The notes under the pieces are model-generated. The model was not told where the DNA came from. It made no database searches and saw only the letters and a list, made by a program, of their open reading frames with translations. 64,000 nucleotides of DNA, from the NCBI GenBank assembly GCA_016618085.1, contig JABLTG010000030.1, forward strand, positions 1 to 64,000. The letters run 5' to 3'. Every line of letters starts with the position of its first letter. The first letter of the stretch is position 1. This DNA comes from Neovahlkampfia damariscottae (taxonomy: Eukaryota). Of this stretch, positions 37,736-50,467 are shown one piece after another. The position numbers were made by a program, and so were the translations under genes.

Positions 37736-39547
37736 ATGTCCACGTATTATTCTGACGACATTTATGATGATGAAAGTTACCTCAAGAATGAAAATTTAGA
37801 TGGTTTCAAACTCAGAACAAAAGCCTCAAATTTCAGAAGTTTATTATTTTGTGGAATTTGTTTCATCTTTGGAATAATTCTAATTTCTGGATTTTTGGTT
37901 GGAACTTATTTTGTTGTAAATGAATTTTATTTTAAACGTAGCCATCAAAAAAATGTTATATTTGTAAAAACTGAATCAATTTATTAACCACTTCAAAAAA
38001 AGATGGTTTGATTTTTTTAAAGATTAATCATTGAACAAAGGTACCTGATGGACATGGTCCTGCTTCAGTTACAATGGCAAGAGAAGTATCTGGAAGAGAA
38101 GTTTTAGAAATTGAGAAATATTTGGTTGGAACAGCTAGAACTAGTTCATCAAATTCTTGGGTTACAGACTCAGCAGCAGGTTATTTTTAAAAAAAATTAA
38201 TTTGAAAAATAGCTGCGACTGCATATGCATCATGTATTAAAACAGTCAATAATGTTGTTGGACTCGATAGAAACATGAAACCTGTAATTACCATGCTTGA
38301 AGCAGCAAAAAAGAAAGGTTTGAAAACAGGAATAGTAGTGACTTCAAGAGTAACTCATGGTAAATTTTGTATCATTATTAATTTATTTTAAAGCAACACC
38401 TGCTGCATTTTCATCTCATGTTAAACATAGAGACGTAAGCATAAATTTAACATTTAAATTATTGACTGAAGATGGAATTTGATATTGCAAGACAACAAAT
38501 TACAAAGAAAATAGATGTTATTTTTGGAGGTGGAACTAATATGTACTTGCCAAAAAGTTACTTTTTTTGAATTTTAACATTTTTTTTTTGAAGGCAAAGG
38601 AGGAAAGAGAGAAGATAATCGAGATTTAATTGTCGAAGCAAAAGAACTCCATGGATATAATTATGTTGATACTGTGACTGAATTTAAAAGAAACACAAAA
38701 TTACCTGTTTTAGGGCTCTTTGCAAGTATGTTAATTTTTTTTTTTGACATTTTTATTAAAAAAGAGGACCATTTGGATTATGAAGCTGACAGAAATCCAT
38801 TACAACAACCTTCTTTAAATGAAATGACAAGAAAAGCCATTAAATTACTTCAAACTGCTGTTGATGCTGATTCAGAATCACCTGGATTTTTCTTACTTGT
38901 TGAAGGCTCAAGGTAATTCATAATATTCATTAAAAATTCACAGAATTGATCATGGTAATCATGAAAATGATCCAGTTGCTTCAGCTGGTGATGCTATTCA
39001 ATATGATGCAACATGGAAAGTAGCAGCTGATTTTGCAATTAAACATGGACATACAGCTGTTGTATCAGTAGCAGACCATGAAACAGGTGGATTAGTATTA
39101 GGAGGACCTATTCCAACAAATGTTTCTTATGCTTGGTATCCAGAATATGTTGCTTCAAGTAAACATTCAGCGACTTACGTAGTTGATGAAATTGTTAAAG
39201 GAAAAGATATTAAACAAGCAATTTTAGATAACTACAAAATACCAGCTACTGATGAAATTGCAGCAAAAGTACGTGAATTGATAGATGATAAAGATTATTG
39301 GGGCGCAAGGTGAAAAAAAAATAAAAACTAATCAAAACTTAGCAAATGGATTTCAAAACCATTAGCAGATAAAGCAAATTTAAAATATGCTCATAATGGT
39401 CACTCAGGTGTTGATGTTAATATTTATGCTGCCGGAGCTTTGTCTGAAACATTTCTTGGTAATCATGAAAATACAGCAATTTGTGAAAAATTATCAAAAT
39501 ATTTAGATTTAAATATGAAAGGAGAAATTGAAGATGAAAAAAAATAA
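37736..39547 (+). CDS. Alkaline phosphatase (PhoA/PHO8-type), type II membrane anchored, paralogue 2
   Basis: Same catalytic motifs as the 24402-26248 copy; mostly shared intron positions; opposite orientation. Confidence 0.9.
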
Positions 39548-39562
39548 AATCAATTTTTTCTT

Positions 39563-39861
39563 TTATTTTTCAAGTTCAACTTCTGCAACAATTTTTGTGT
39601 CGTATTTATAATTTTTATCATATAAAAATCTACATTCAGAATATGACATACCACCACCAAATCCTGCACCAAAACAAACTAAACCAATTCTTGGTCCTAA
39701 TCTTCCTTTTATTTTTTTTTTTTAATTTTTTTTTTTTTTTTACTCGCAAAAACAAAGGCAATTGGAATTGAAAATATAGCTCCAAGTGAAGTTTTACGGA
39801 TAGCATTTTCTAAACAATGTTCAATTTTTTCACCTTCAAAAAGTTGATTTTTTTGTTTCAT
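39563..39861 (-). CDS. MIC10: MICOS complex subunit Mic10 (absent from the ORF track)
   Basis: Two exons: GEKIEHCLENAIRK...TM...FGAGFGGGMSYSEC, containing the GxGxGxG motif. Confidence 0.8.
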
Positions 39862-39930
39862 TTCTTCACTTCAACAAAAATAAAAATTATCCAATCAATT
39901 CAATTTATCAGTTGACCAATTGTAAAAAGT

Positions 39931-40445
39931 ATGCCCAAAACACAAATAGCCGAAAGTGTAATTGAATTATTACACATGGAAATAGTTGATTATGTTACAA
40001 ATGTATCACAAAAAGACTCAAAAGATAAAGCATACATAGTTTTAGAAAACCTTGGATTTCAAGCAGGACAAAAAATGGCAGCAAGATTAACAAAAGATAG
40101 ACCTAGATTTATTGATCATCTTGATATTATTAAATTTTTATGTAAAGATTTTTGGATGGAAAATTTTAAAAAAAATGTTGATAATTTAAGGACGAACCAT
40201 AAAGGTACTTACGTTTTACATGATTCAAAATTCAAATATTTACAAAAAATATCAACTTTTGATTCAAAAGAAACAGAAGAACTTTCAAAAAATTATGTCA
40301 TTTTTACAACTGGTCTAATTAGAGGTGCTTTAAATATTTTAGGTATTGATGCTGTTGTAACTGCTGAAATACAATCATTACCTTCTTGTAAGATTTAATA
40401 TTTTAAAATTATATAGGTCTTTTTAAAATTCAAGAAAATGCTTGA
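39931..40445 (+). CDS. TRAPPC6: TRAPP complex subunit Trs33/TRAPPC6
   Basis: DIIKFLCKDFW...VDNLRTNHKGTYVL...GLIRGAL; final intron at 40388-40416. Confidence 0.9.
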
Positions 40446-40544
40446 AAATCAAACCAAAAAAACCCATACCCACAAAAATACAAAAAAATCAAAAACAAAA
40501 CCCATACCCAAACTCAAAAAAAAAACTAATCATTAAATATTTAT

Positions 40545-43406
40545 TCAAAATGGATTTGTACTATATTCTTCTTGTTGATCAATATCATTTTGTTTTATAT
40601 ATTCTTGTTCATCATCTTTAAATTTTTTAGTTTCAATTTGATTTTTATTTGTTGGTCCAACCAATGACAATAAAACAGGTAAAAACATTAATCCATGAAG
40701 AGCACCAAAAACTACAATTCCCAAAAACATTTTAAAGTAATAAATGAAAAATATATCAGATTTAGCAAAATATAAAACGATAACACCCAATAAATTTGTA
40801 ATTACAATTCCTGAAAAAACTGAAGTACCAATATTAACCAATGCTTTATGAGTTCTTTCAACTCTTGTTCCAGTTTCTGAAAGATATGCTTGAGCAATAT
40901 GAACACATGCTTCTACACTTACACCAACACTCATAACAAGATTTACGACTGAAAGAGCATTGAATAAAATATTCCAATATGCCATTAATCCAATAACATC
41001 AATATTAATCATTACAATACATAATAAAACATAAATTGCAGAAACAGGACTCGCTAACATTAATAAAGTTGTCAAAAATACAGAAACTGTTGCAATAGTA
41101 ACTGTTAAACCAGCTACATCCATAATATAAACATATTGAGCAAAAAATATATAATAAATTGAATATGGAAAACTTTTGTCAGAAAACTTGAAAAGTTAAA
41201 ATAATAAATCTCTTACTGGATTCAAATGATGATCATTGGTATGATATGCAGCTTTTAATGAATGAATAAAATCATCTTGTGTTCTTAATACAGTTGTTTG
41301 TGTCATAATTCTAGTAGCAAGTATTTTTTTATCTTTAATGACAACATCAGGTCTATATCTAAAACCACACATTGATGTTTGAGGAGGACAACAATCATCC
41401 ATACCAAGAAATGTTTCCAAGTAGTCAACAAATTTATCTTTTGGAATATCACCAGGAGGTAGTCCAGGTGATAATCTACATCGAGATGTTGGTGTATAAA
41501 CCCATGCTTTAAATTCTTCAAACCAAAATGAAGTTGATCCTTTATCAATATAAGGTGTTTGATTAATCTTATTTTTTGTTTAATAATTCTTGAGTACTTA
41601 CTAAATCAAAAAATGAAAATAATTGTGTTTGTATTTTTGGATCTGTATAATCAATATCTTGAACAACAAAAAATACAGGTGGTCCAATATCTAAATATTC
41701 TCTTTGTTGATTGAAATAAACATTCATGTATGAATCTCTTGGTAAAGCAGTTGATTGATCTAAACCCATTTGAACTCCAAATGACATATATACTGAAAAT
41801 CCACAAAAACCAAAAAATACAAAAATCTTGTCAAAGGATTATTTAAAAAAACATTTGATTTTCAACTTACAATTAAAAATCTAATTGGTGTCCAAAGTAT
41901 AACTGGTGAATAAATCTTTTCAATGAAGAATTTAAGTAAATCTGTTACATTCAACCAATCTCTTGTGATCCATTTATTTTCTACTTGAATACAAGCAGCA
42001 AATTCTAATCTATTTGACATTTGTCTATTCATATCAATTGCGAGTAATGAAATAAAAGCTGTCATTTGAAGAAAATAATTAACAATAATTGCCATTCCTG
42101 CATATAAACAAAATGCTTGAACAGCTGGCATATTTGTCAATGATCCAAGCATGAATGCTAAAAATTCACTTGATGCAGCAAGTGTAATTGATGTTCCAAC
42201 TGATTTTAAAGTTTCTCCAACTCTTTCATGAATTGGTAGTTTTTTATCAGTTGCTTCTAAAGTATTGGATAAAATATACATATTGTCAACACCAATAGCT
42301 AAAATTAAAAATGGAATAACTTGTCCAATAATCAAAGTGGCTTTAACTCCTAGAAGTGAACAAATTCCAAGTGATGCAAATACTGATAAAGTGACCAATA
42401 AAATACCAGCAAGAGACATAAAAAATTTTGATTTGATAAAATGAAGTTGTCCAAGTGATAAAGAAACATATGCAAACATCACTAAATAACTAATTAAAAC
42501 TGTAATGATATCAGCTGAACTTTCTCTGTTAATTTCATCTTCAACAGAACGTTCAGACATTCTAGCAATATTAATATACTTTGTTTCTTGAAATGTTGCA
42601 TTTAACCATAGTTTTTCCCATTCAAGAGCAATATGTTCATTTTCTGGATGATTATTTAACAAATAAGAAACTAAAAGTGCTTTTGCATCAACAGTTAAAC
42701 TTACATTATCATAAGTTGCAGTTCCAAGAATTCTAGGTGCATATTGTGGTACACCTAATGAACTCATACAACGTCTTGATAAAGAATTTCTTGTACTAAA
42801 TGATTAAAAGAATTAAACTTTTCAAAATAACTTACATGCAAGAATATATATGTTTTGCATGAGCTGTTTCTTTTTCAATTACATTTATATCATCTTGCCA
42901 CCATTCTGTGATACTATCAATCATACATCCTTTATTTGGAACTGGTGTAAAACATAAATCTTTCAAAGTATATGTTCTATTATTTGTACGATATTGTAAA
43001 TTTTTAATGTCGTTTTGAATTTTCCATACTTCTTTAATTACTTCTTTATCAATAACAGAAGAACCATTTTTTGGTGTTATAATCATTTGTTCAACTCTTT
43101 TTTCAATTAATTTTTGTTTTTTTTGATTTACCTGAAAAATGGTGAAAAAGTTGAATCAAAAATTTTTTTTTCACGAGCAGTTCTTGAAGCAGGTGGTACC
43201 CACAGTTTTTCTGGACTTGTTTCGAATTCCAAGAAAAATACACCAGCGGAAAGACCTACAGTTATCAATAAACCTATAACTAAAACAACAAGTGGAAATC
43301 TTCCTACTATAGTTCCGTAATAATAAAACAGAGAATTGAATAAGTAATCAACCCATGAGGAAACTGAGAGAGTAAAAAAATTTGTCTTTTTTGTCTCGTC
43401 GTCCAT
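40545..43406 (-). CDS. Niemann-Pick C1/Patched-family sterol transporter, apparently without the NPC1 N-terminal domain
   Basis: ETSPEKLWVP, ERSVEDEINRES, VIPFLILAIGVDN, TNMPAV, GLDQSTALPRDSY, GPPVFFV, SFPYS, GALHGLMFLPVLLS; five short introns. Confidence 0.85.
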
Positions 43407-43562
43407 CAGTATAATTTATCCGAAAAGAAGTAAATTGGAAACAAATTGATTGGTTGACAGGAAAATTTAAATAACCAAAAATCTATTCATAGTAGTAATC
43501 AAAATAATAAGCCTTGTTATTCAAATCCCTATTTTACAAAAAAATGAAACAAAATGTTCAAT

Positions 43563-44562
43563 TTACATCGCTGCATTTATCCGTAAAATTCCAGATTCAA
43601 TTCTGTATCCTGCATCATCATGCACGTGACCAAAAATATGAACTTTAGGTTTAACTGAAAGTATTTCTTTTCCTAAATGATAATCACCCCAATGTTTAAA
43701 GTTTGGATGAGTTTTTCCACAGACTTCACAAACATCAAAATTCTTATACTTCCCCCAAGCTAAATCCAAAATGTTAAAACTTGGAGAATGTGTTATTAAT
43801 ATGTCAGTATCACGTTCAATGATTTTCCAATGTGTTTTTAACAGTTCTGCTCTTTGTATTCACTTTAATCTTTGTAGACTTACTTCTTCGAATAACCCAT
43901 ATTTACACTTCTAGTCCAAGGAGATCCAAAACTTTTGAATTAAAAAAAGTAATTTTTTTACAATTTTATCCCATCAATCATGATAGAACTATCCAATAAG
44001 TATGTACAATTTGACAAATAAGATTGAAGTTGTTTTTGAGTAAATTTGTTGAAGGCAATTTCATGATTTCCAGCAACAAAAATCTAATTCAAAGACTTAA
44101 ATAATCAAAATATTACCTTATGTTCATGAGGAAGTTCTCCAAGGAATCTATTAAAATCATAAACCTCTTTATCAAATCTCTGAATAGTTAATCTTTTACT
44201 AAAGTCTCCAGAATGAATTCTATGAGTTATTTGAAAATAATATTTTACAAAATGTCTCCATCTGGTATCATATCCTTTTGAAGATACTTGTTATGTTTAT
44301 CATGAGTATCAGATATACAAACAATACGTTTTACTTTTGTATTTTTGGTTCTTTTTTCCAAAGGAATTCCAACATCAGGTGTTTGGATACCTATTTTCTT
44401 TTTTTCTTCAGTATTTTTTTCAGTTATTGTTATTTTTTTTGGTGATGGTGGTTTTAAAGTTGGAGCATCTGGAATTTTGGTGATTTCTGTTTTTTCTTTT
44501 TTTTTCTGTGAAATTTTTATTGCTTCTTCTCCTTGAAGAATCGAATCTAAAGAAGAAAGCAT
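43563..44562 (-). CDS. MPPED/239FB-like metallophosphoesterase
   Basis: RIVCISDTH, IHSGDF, VAGNHE, LITHSP, HIFGHVH and NAA motifs; four introns. Confidence 0.85.
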
Positions 44563-44622
44563 TGTGTTGATGTTTACGTCAAACTGTCAAAATAAAAACA
44601 ACCAATCAAAATCCTTTTATTT

Positions 44623-46282
44623 TTAAAAATCTATTTTCTCAAAATCTCCTGCATTTTCTTCTTCACCAAAGGTAGGTTTCACTAATTGAGTTAATTCTTC
44701 AGACCATTTTTGTTTTTTATGTTCATGTGGATTTTCAATGATATCCAAAATATATCTAATTTCTTCACCTTTCTCATCAGTAAAAGTTAATTCAATATCT
44801 TCTGTTTCTGAAGTGATATCAACAGTGCAATCTTTCAAAAAATGAAATACACGAAATACTAAAGTATCGCCAGTTTTATCATCCAAATAGGTTGATCTGT
44901 TATTATCTTTTTTGCCAGACCAAACTGATACGAATGAATTTTTGCTTTTACTAAAACCACCTGAATCCATACGTGGTAATGGGGATGAATTCTTTTTTCC
45001 CAAGAAACTTATTGAATTCATTGAAAAGGTTCTTGATTTTTCAACAATTCCAGCAAAAATGATTAAATCTTTATACAAAAATAGAACTGCTTTTTTTGGT
45101 TTTTCATCATTAATTTGAACAAATGCATATGCTTCTAATCTAAATTCTCTATTTTCAACTTTTAAATCTTCGTCCAATAAGAGTTTATCAATCTTTTTTG
45201 ATGCTTGTTCAAAATCATGTTTTCTCTTTTGTTCATTAATCATTGAAACAATCTTCTCAATTTTATTTTTAGTTTTAACTAAATTTTTATAATCAACATG
45301 AGTTTCTTCTGTATTTTTTATGATTTCCTAAAAAAGATATTTAGATATCCAATCATTTATTTTACTCTCAATAATAAACAATATCTTGGAAGTCTTTGAA
45401 CAGGTTGAATTAATAATGATTTTAAATCTAAACCACCAGTTGTTTTCTTTTGACTTGAACTACAAAATTTATCAAAATTTGGATTTGTTTTTTTATTTTC
45501 TCTTAATCTATCCATAGCTTCATCAAATTTATTACAATACTAAAAAAATTAATGTTTTGATAAAATTCAAACTTGAACATAGACAAAAAATAATGGGACT
45601 TGATTATAAAGACAATCACCTATATTTGTAATTGGAAATGAATTCAATCTATTTTGAAGTGAAATCAATAAAACTAAAAAAATTAAATTTTCCAAAGAAT
45701 TTAAAACCTTTGTGGGTGGATAAAATTTGATCAATATTATTAAACATAATTTTAATATCTTTTTCATCGATAATTTTTTTCTTTTTTTCAACCATTAAAT
45801 GTCTTTTTAAAGGTTGAATATAAAGCTATCTTTTTAAAAAATGTTTTTTTTCTTACCTTTATCAATTCTTCAAGTGAGTTACAGTAACTTTCTTCAGTTG
45901 AAACAATCTCTCTTATAATTTTATTTCTTTCACCCAATTTTTTTGCCATAGGAGATGTCTTGAATGTATGAACTAAAAAGTGTTAAAATTGGAAGTGTTA
46001 AATTTTACCAAGGCTGACAAATTCGGAAGTTTGACGGGCTCTTTTTATACTTCTTTGTATGATAGCAATTTGATTTTCTTTTTCAGTGGCGTACTTTTTT
46101 TTTTCATTATTTGTTGGAATAAGTTTTTTCAACTCTTTTACTTTTTTTGCTAATTTTTTGACAAATTGTTGTTCTTCTTCATATAAATTTTTATATTCTT
46201 CAACCTTTTTGGTGAGTGCTTCAACTTTAACTTTTTCTTCTTCATACAACTTTTTCCAGTCCTGTTCTTTTTCCTTCGACAT
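44623..46282 (-). CDS. RhoGEF (coiled-coil, DH, PH-like)
   Basis: REIVSTEESY, YCNKFDEA, LDLKSLLIQPVQRLPRYCLL and THVDY DH motifs; several introns. Confidence 0.85.
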
Positions 46283-46440
46283 GTTTACGATCCTATTGGT
46301 GCATTTTTTTAACAGACAAAAACCTTATTTTTAGAATTTGGATCAGATATGTTTCTACAGTTTTATAATATCAAAAACTTTCAAAGAATTCATATTTATA
46401 CTATTTCTCTTGTTTGTCCAATCAAATAGCTGTCTCTCAC

Positions 46441-47225
46441 ATGTCTCAACAAAACAAGACACAAACTGAGCAAATTAAAAAAGCTATAACTCAAGAGTTA
46501 TGGGACATATTTGAAAAGGAAACAGATTCTGATGAAGGATGGTATGTTGAACTGAAAGATAAACATGCTACTTTTTGTTCAAAAACACTGTTTCCAAAGT
46601 GTGACATGTATGCTTATAAAGTTTCATCAACCATCAATTTTCCTGTTCATATTTTTAAAGAAATGTATGATGATCATAGTATCAGAGCAGAGTACAACTC
46701 TGACATTATCAAATGCAGCAAATTCTATGAAGAGTAAAAAAAAAAAAAAATTAATTTCTCAAAAATATTTAGTGGCAATTTTGACATAATTTATCAAATT
46801 TCTCAACCTCCTGTATCATTTTTATCTGAAAGAGAACTTGTTTTAGCGAGAGAATGGAAGCACTATGATGATGGTTTTGATATCATTTGCACCGTATGCG
46901 TTTCATTATAATAATTTCTTTAGTCAATGGAACATGATGATTACCCAATTCAAAATGGTTTAACCCGTTCTGAAGTTGCATTTCAGACAAGTAGAGTTCG
47001 AAAAAATAAACAAGAACCAGATTCAAAATCAGATGTAACTTTTATTTATCAAATAAATTTAGGAATGTGGATACCTGGTGTAAGTCTTTAAAAAATCTTA
47101 TTTTCTTCAAGTGGGTCATCTCACAAGCTATATCATTATTTTCATCAAAAATGATTGGTAAAATTGAATCAGCATGCCAATTCCATATTGATCGAATGAA
47201 TAAAACTGAAAATTTAAAAAAATAA
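46441..47225 (+). CDS. START-domain lipid-binding protein
   Basis: EGW...; IIYQ...PPVSFLSERELV; SMEHDDYP...RS; QINLGMWIP after splicing. Confidence 0.75.
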
Positions 47226-47307
47226 ATTTTTTATTTCAAATTTGGAAATATTTTAATTGTCCAATAATTTTCAAACACTTGTATTTTTTTTTTAGAGTTG
47301 ACAAAAC

Positions 47308-47917
47308 ATGAAGCTCATCGGAATTCTTTTTTTCGTTATTATTTTAACTATTGTATCAAGTAGACCACTTCCAAGATGGAAACATTGTTACAAAGAACCA
47401 ATTTCAGAAGACATAATAATACATTCAGCTGGTGTTGAACTTTCAAATGAAAGAGTGAATTTATCTGTAAATATGACATTAAGAAAACCAATAGAATCTG
47501 GAAGATATCAATTTGAAATATGGCATTCTGGTACAGGTGATAAAATCCAATACAAGTACTAACACTCATAAAAACTAATCATTTTCATTAATTAGAGGAC
47601 CATATGATATTTGTTGTGGTTTTATAAAAGGTACAACATGTTTGAAAGATAAAACATCAGAATGTCCATTGAAAGATAATATTCAAGGATTTGTTTCAAA
47701 ACCTTTATATAAAAATTATAAAGGATTGTATGAAGCAACTTTGATTATTTTCAATTCTTCCAACGAAGAAGTATTATGTATTGATGCACCATTTTTAAAC
47801 AGAATTGAAAATAAACAAGAAAATACAGTCATTCAATTGAATAAAACAAATGAAGCAAATTATATTGATCCAAAAGGAAAAGAGATCACAATTAAAGAAA
47901 CTAAAGAAGAGAAATAA
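47308..47917 (+). CDS. Secreted ML-domain (NPC2/MD-2-like) lipid-binding protein
   Basis: Signal peptide; WKHC...YDICC...CPL...GLY...VLCI cysteine pattern; intron at 47556-47595. Confidence 0.6.
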
Positions 47918-47921
47918 ATTT

Positions 47922-49955
47922 TTATTCTTCAGTTTTTTCATCTAATTTTCTTTCATCACTCTGTTTTGTCCCTCTTCCTCTAAAATTATAATTTTTAGCG
48001 AACATAGTATTATTGGATAATTTATCTAAAAGTTCATTTTCTTTTTGAAGTTGATCAAATGACATTTTTGAAGGATGATCCCAAGTTGTTGTACCAGTTA
48101 ATGGATTATAATAATAATATCTTTGACTTTTTACATCTAAAATTTCTTGCCACAATCGAAGTGATTCTCTTGGTTTTGATAAAATTCTATCATCAGTTTT
48201 TTTATAAAGATTTTCAATTGGTGATTTATAAGTCATTGTGATTGGATCGAAATTTTTAACTACTTCTGCATGTGATTTTTTTGGTGTCTCGTCATCTAAT
48301 ACATTTATACTTGGATTTGATATAGTTTCTGTTTTAAGATTTAAATTTGTTTCAGGTGTTGTATTTGCACTTGTTGTTGTTTCTAATGCTGAATCACTTG
48401 GCATTTTAGCTATTGAAATTCTTGATTCACTATCAAATGATTCAACTTTTAAAGCACCTCCAGAAGAAGATCTTTTCTTTTTATTAACTTTTGATATTTC
48501 ATCATTTGATGTTGATGAATCACGAAATGATTGAGTATGTTTCATTGTTAATTCAGGTAATACATCAGTTGGAGGTGGTGCATAAATTTTTGGTTCATTA
48601 TTTACTCTAGGTGTATTTGGTTCTTCTTCTTCAATTGGAAAAAAGAAATCAACATTTTTAACCATAATTTCTGTTATTTTGTTAATATATCTTGCGTGTT
48701 GTGTTAATAACAATGGATCTTCATTTTTTGGTTTTAAAATATTCATTCCAAAAACTATTGAAATTGCTCCATAATTCATTTTATTAACATCAGAATATCT
48801 TGTTACATGTTCAAAGAAATGAATTAATCTGGTTAAAAGGACAATATGTGATGATGGTATTTTGTTATATATCATACTTTTCATTTCTTCTAATAATTCT
48901 TTTGATGTTTCATTCATTTCTAATTTTTCTATTTAAAAATGTCAAAAAAAATGAAAAAAAGGACAAACTTGAAAGATTTATAAAATCATCATAAAGATCA
49001 TAAGTAAGTAAAGGTTCTGGTAATTCTCTAACAAATAGTTTTAATAATCCACATAACTTTGTTAAAATGGTTTAGTAGTTTTATTTTATTTTACAGAATA
49101 AGCTCTATCTTGAATTTTTAAATCAGTTATTTCACTGAAACTCATTCCATTGTCAATACTTGATTTTAATTTTTTAATGGCATCTGAACTACCAGGAATT
49201 CTAAATATACCTTCTTTTTGAAAGTAATTATCTTCTATGTTGTTCATTAAATCATTTATGACTTCAGGAACAGGTGCCGGTAAATATTCAATAGCAACTC
49301 CAAAAATACCATTTCTGATCTCACCTGCTTCTAAACGTTTTGGTTTTCTTGGTGGTTTTCCATTTTCTATTCTGTTTATTTCTTGTTGAACTTTTTCAAA
49401 TGCATCTAAACCTTCTTGAAAGAAATTTATATAAGCTTTTGAGAGATTTTTTAAACTATTTAAATATTCAAAATCTCTTCTTTCTAATTGATACAAAATT
49501 TCATCAGATGGATTTTGATCTTTTTTGAACTATGGGTTTTTAAAAGTTTGTTTTTATTTTTACTTTGGTTTGAATTCCTTCGAATAAAGTTCTGGTTTTT
49601 GATAAACTACCAGTTTCAATAGAATCTGAAACTACAACACGTGCAGCTGCTACTCTTTTGAGTGACTCTCCTGTTGTTGAAGCCAACTTATATAAATTTG
49701 TATCTTGTTTTAAACTATTTGTTAATAAGCCCAGATGTAGACCTAAATGAGCTTCTGATTTTGCTATATCAACTGTTGATTTTACAATACTTGTTTGACA
49801 ATTATAAGCTTCGTCATAGTGTTCAATTGCTGTTGAAAATTCCTGACAGCTATTTTAGTGTTGTGTATTTTTACCTGTGTTTTTTTATCGGTTGTGGAAT
49901 TCAACTTGATTAGTTTTTTTGAATTGTCTTTTTTATCGGTTTTTTTTGCGAACAT
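47922..49955 (-). CDS. RhoGAP with an N-terminal helical region and a C-terminal WW domain
   Basis: IFGV, EGIFRIPG, LKLFVRELPEPLLT, NKMNYGAISIVFG; WW motif WQE...YYYNPLTGTTTWDHP. Confidence 0.85.
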
Positions 49956-49980
49956 TTCTGTTCAGGATAAATTTTTAATG

Positions 49981-50004
49981 ATTGGTGGAATATTCTTATC
50001 CAAT
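49981..50004. promoter_or_regulatory. Divergent CCAAT-box pair (ATTGG-N14-CCAAT)
   Basis: About 25 nt upstream of the RhoGAP ATG (49955) and of a plus-strand ATG at 50028. Confidence 0.55.
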
Positions 50005-50204
50005 CAATTTTTTTCTTTTTGAAAACCATGGAAAGTAAGTAGGTAGCGCCCTGTAGTTAATACCCCATAAAACTAGCTGTTGTAACACCCCTTGTAAAAA
50101 CTCTAAAACACAGACAACTTCTCATTGTTTAACCCTTTGTTCGGTTGTCCAAATTTGTTAATTCTATAAATAAATTAGAAACTGTTTTATTGGTTATTAA
50201 CATT

Positions 50205-50467
50205 ATGGAAGATGAAAGTGATGAGGATTTTCTTGAAGATTCTGACTTTAGTGATATTGAAGATGATGATGAAGAAGAAAATGAGTTTTTTGAATTAACA
50301 CCAACTCAAAATAAATCTTCTGAACCAAAAAAAAAAGAAATTGTAAAAAAAAAAATAGTTTAACAATGATATAGGATACAGAAACTTTTGAACCTTTAAA
50401 ATGTGGTAAAAGATGTAAAAAATGTGTTTATTGTATTTGTGCTAGAAGTGGTTTTGCTTGTTCATAA
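50205..50467 (+). CDS. Small acidic protein with a Cys-rich tail (hypothetical; both ends uncertain)
   Basis: D/E-rich exon, intron at about 50343-50374, then CGKRCKKCVYCICARSGFAC. May extend to about 50600 through further introns. Confidence 0.4.

Noticed and set aside
29225..49955. Rho GTPase, RhoGEF and RhoGAP as a functional cluster
   Set aside because: These are large families in amoeboid protists and are separated here by unrelated genes, so chance is sufficient.
50021..50150. U1 snRNA, TPP riboswitch, RNase MRP or telomerase RNA identity
   Set aside because: Diagnostic motifs (ACUUACCUG, CUGAGA, GAAAGUCCCC, a CCCAAACC template) are absent.
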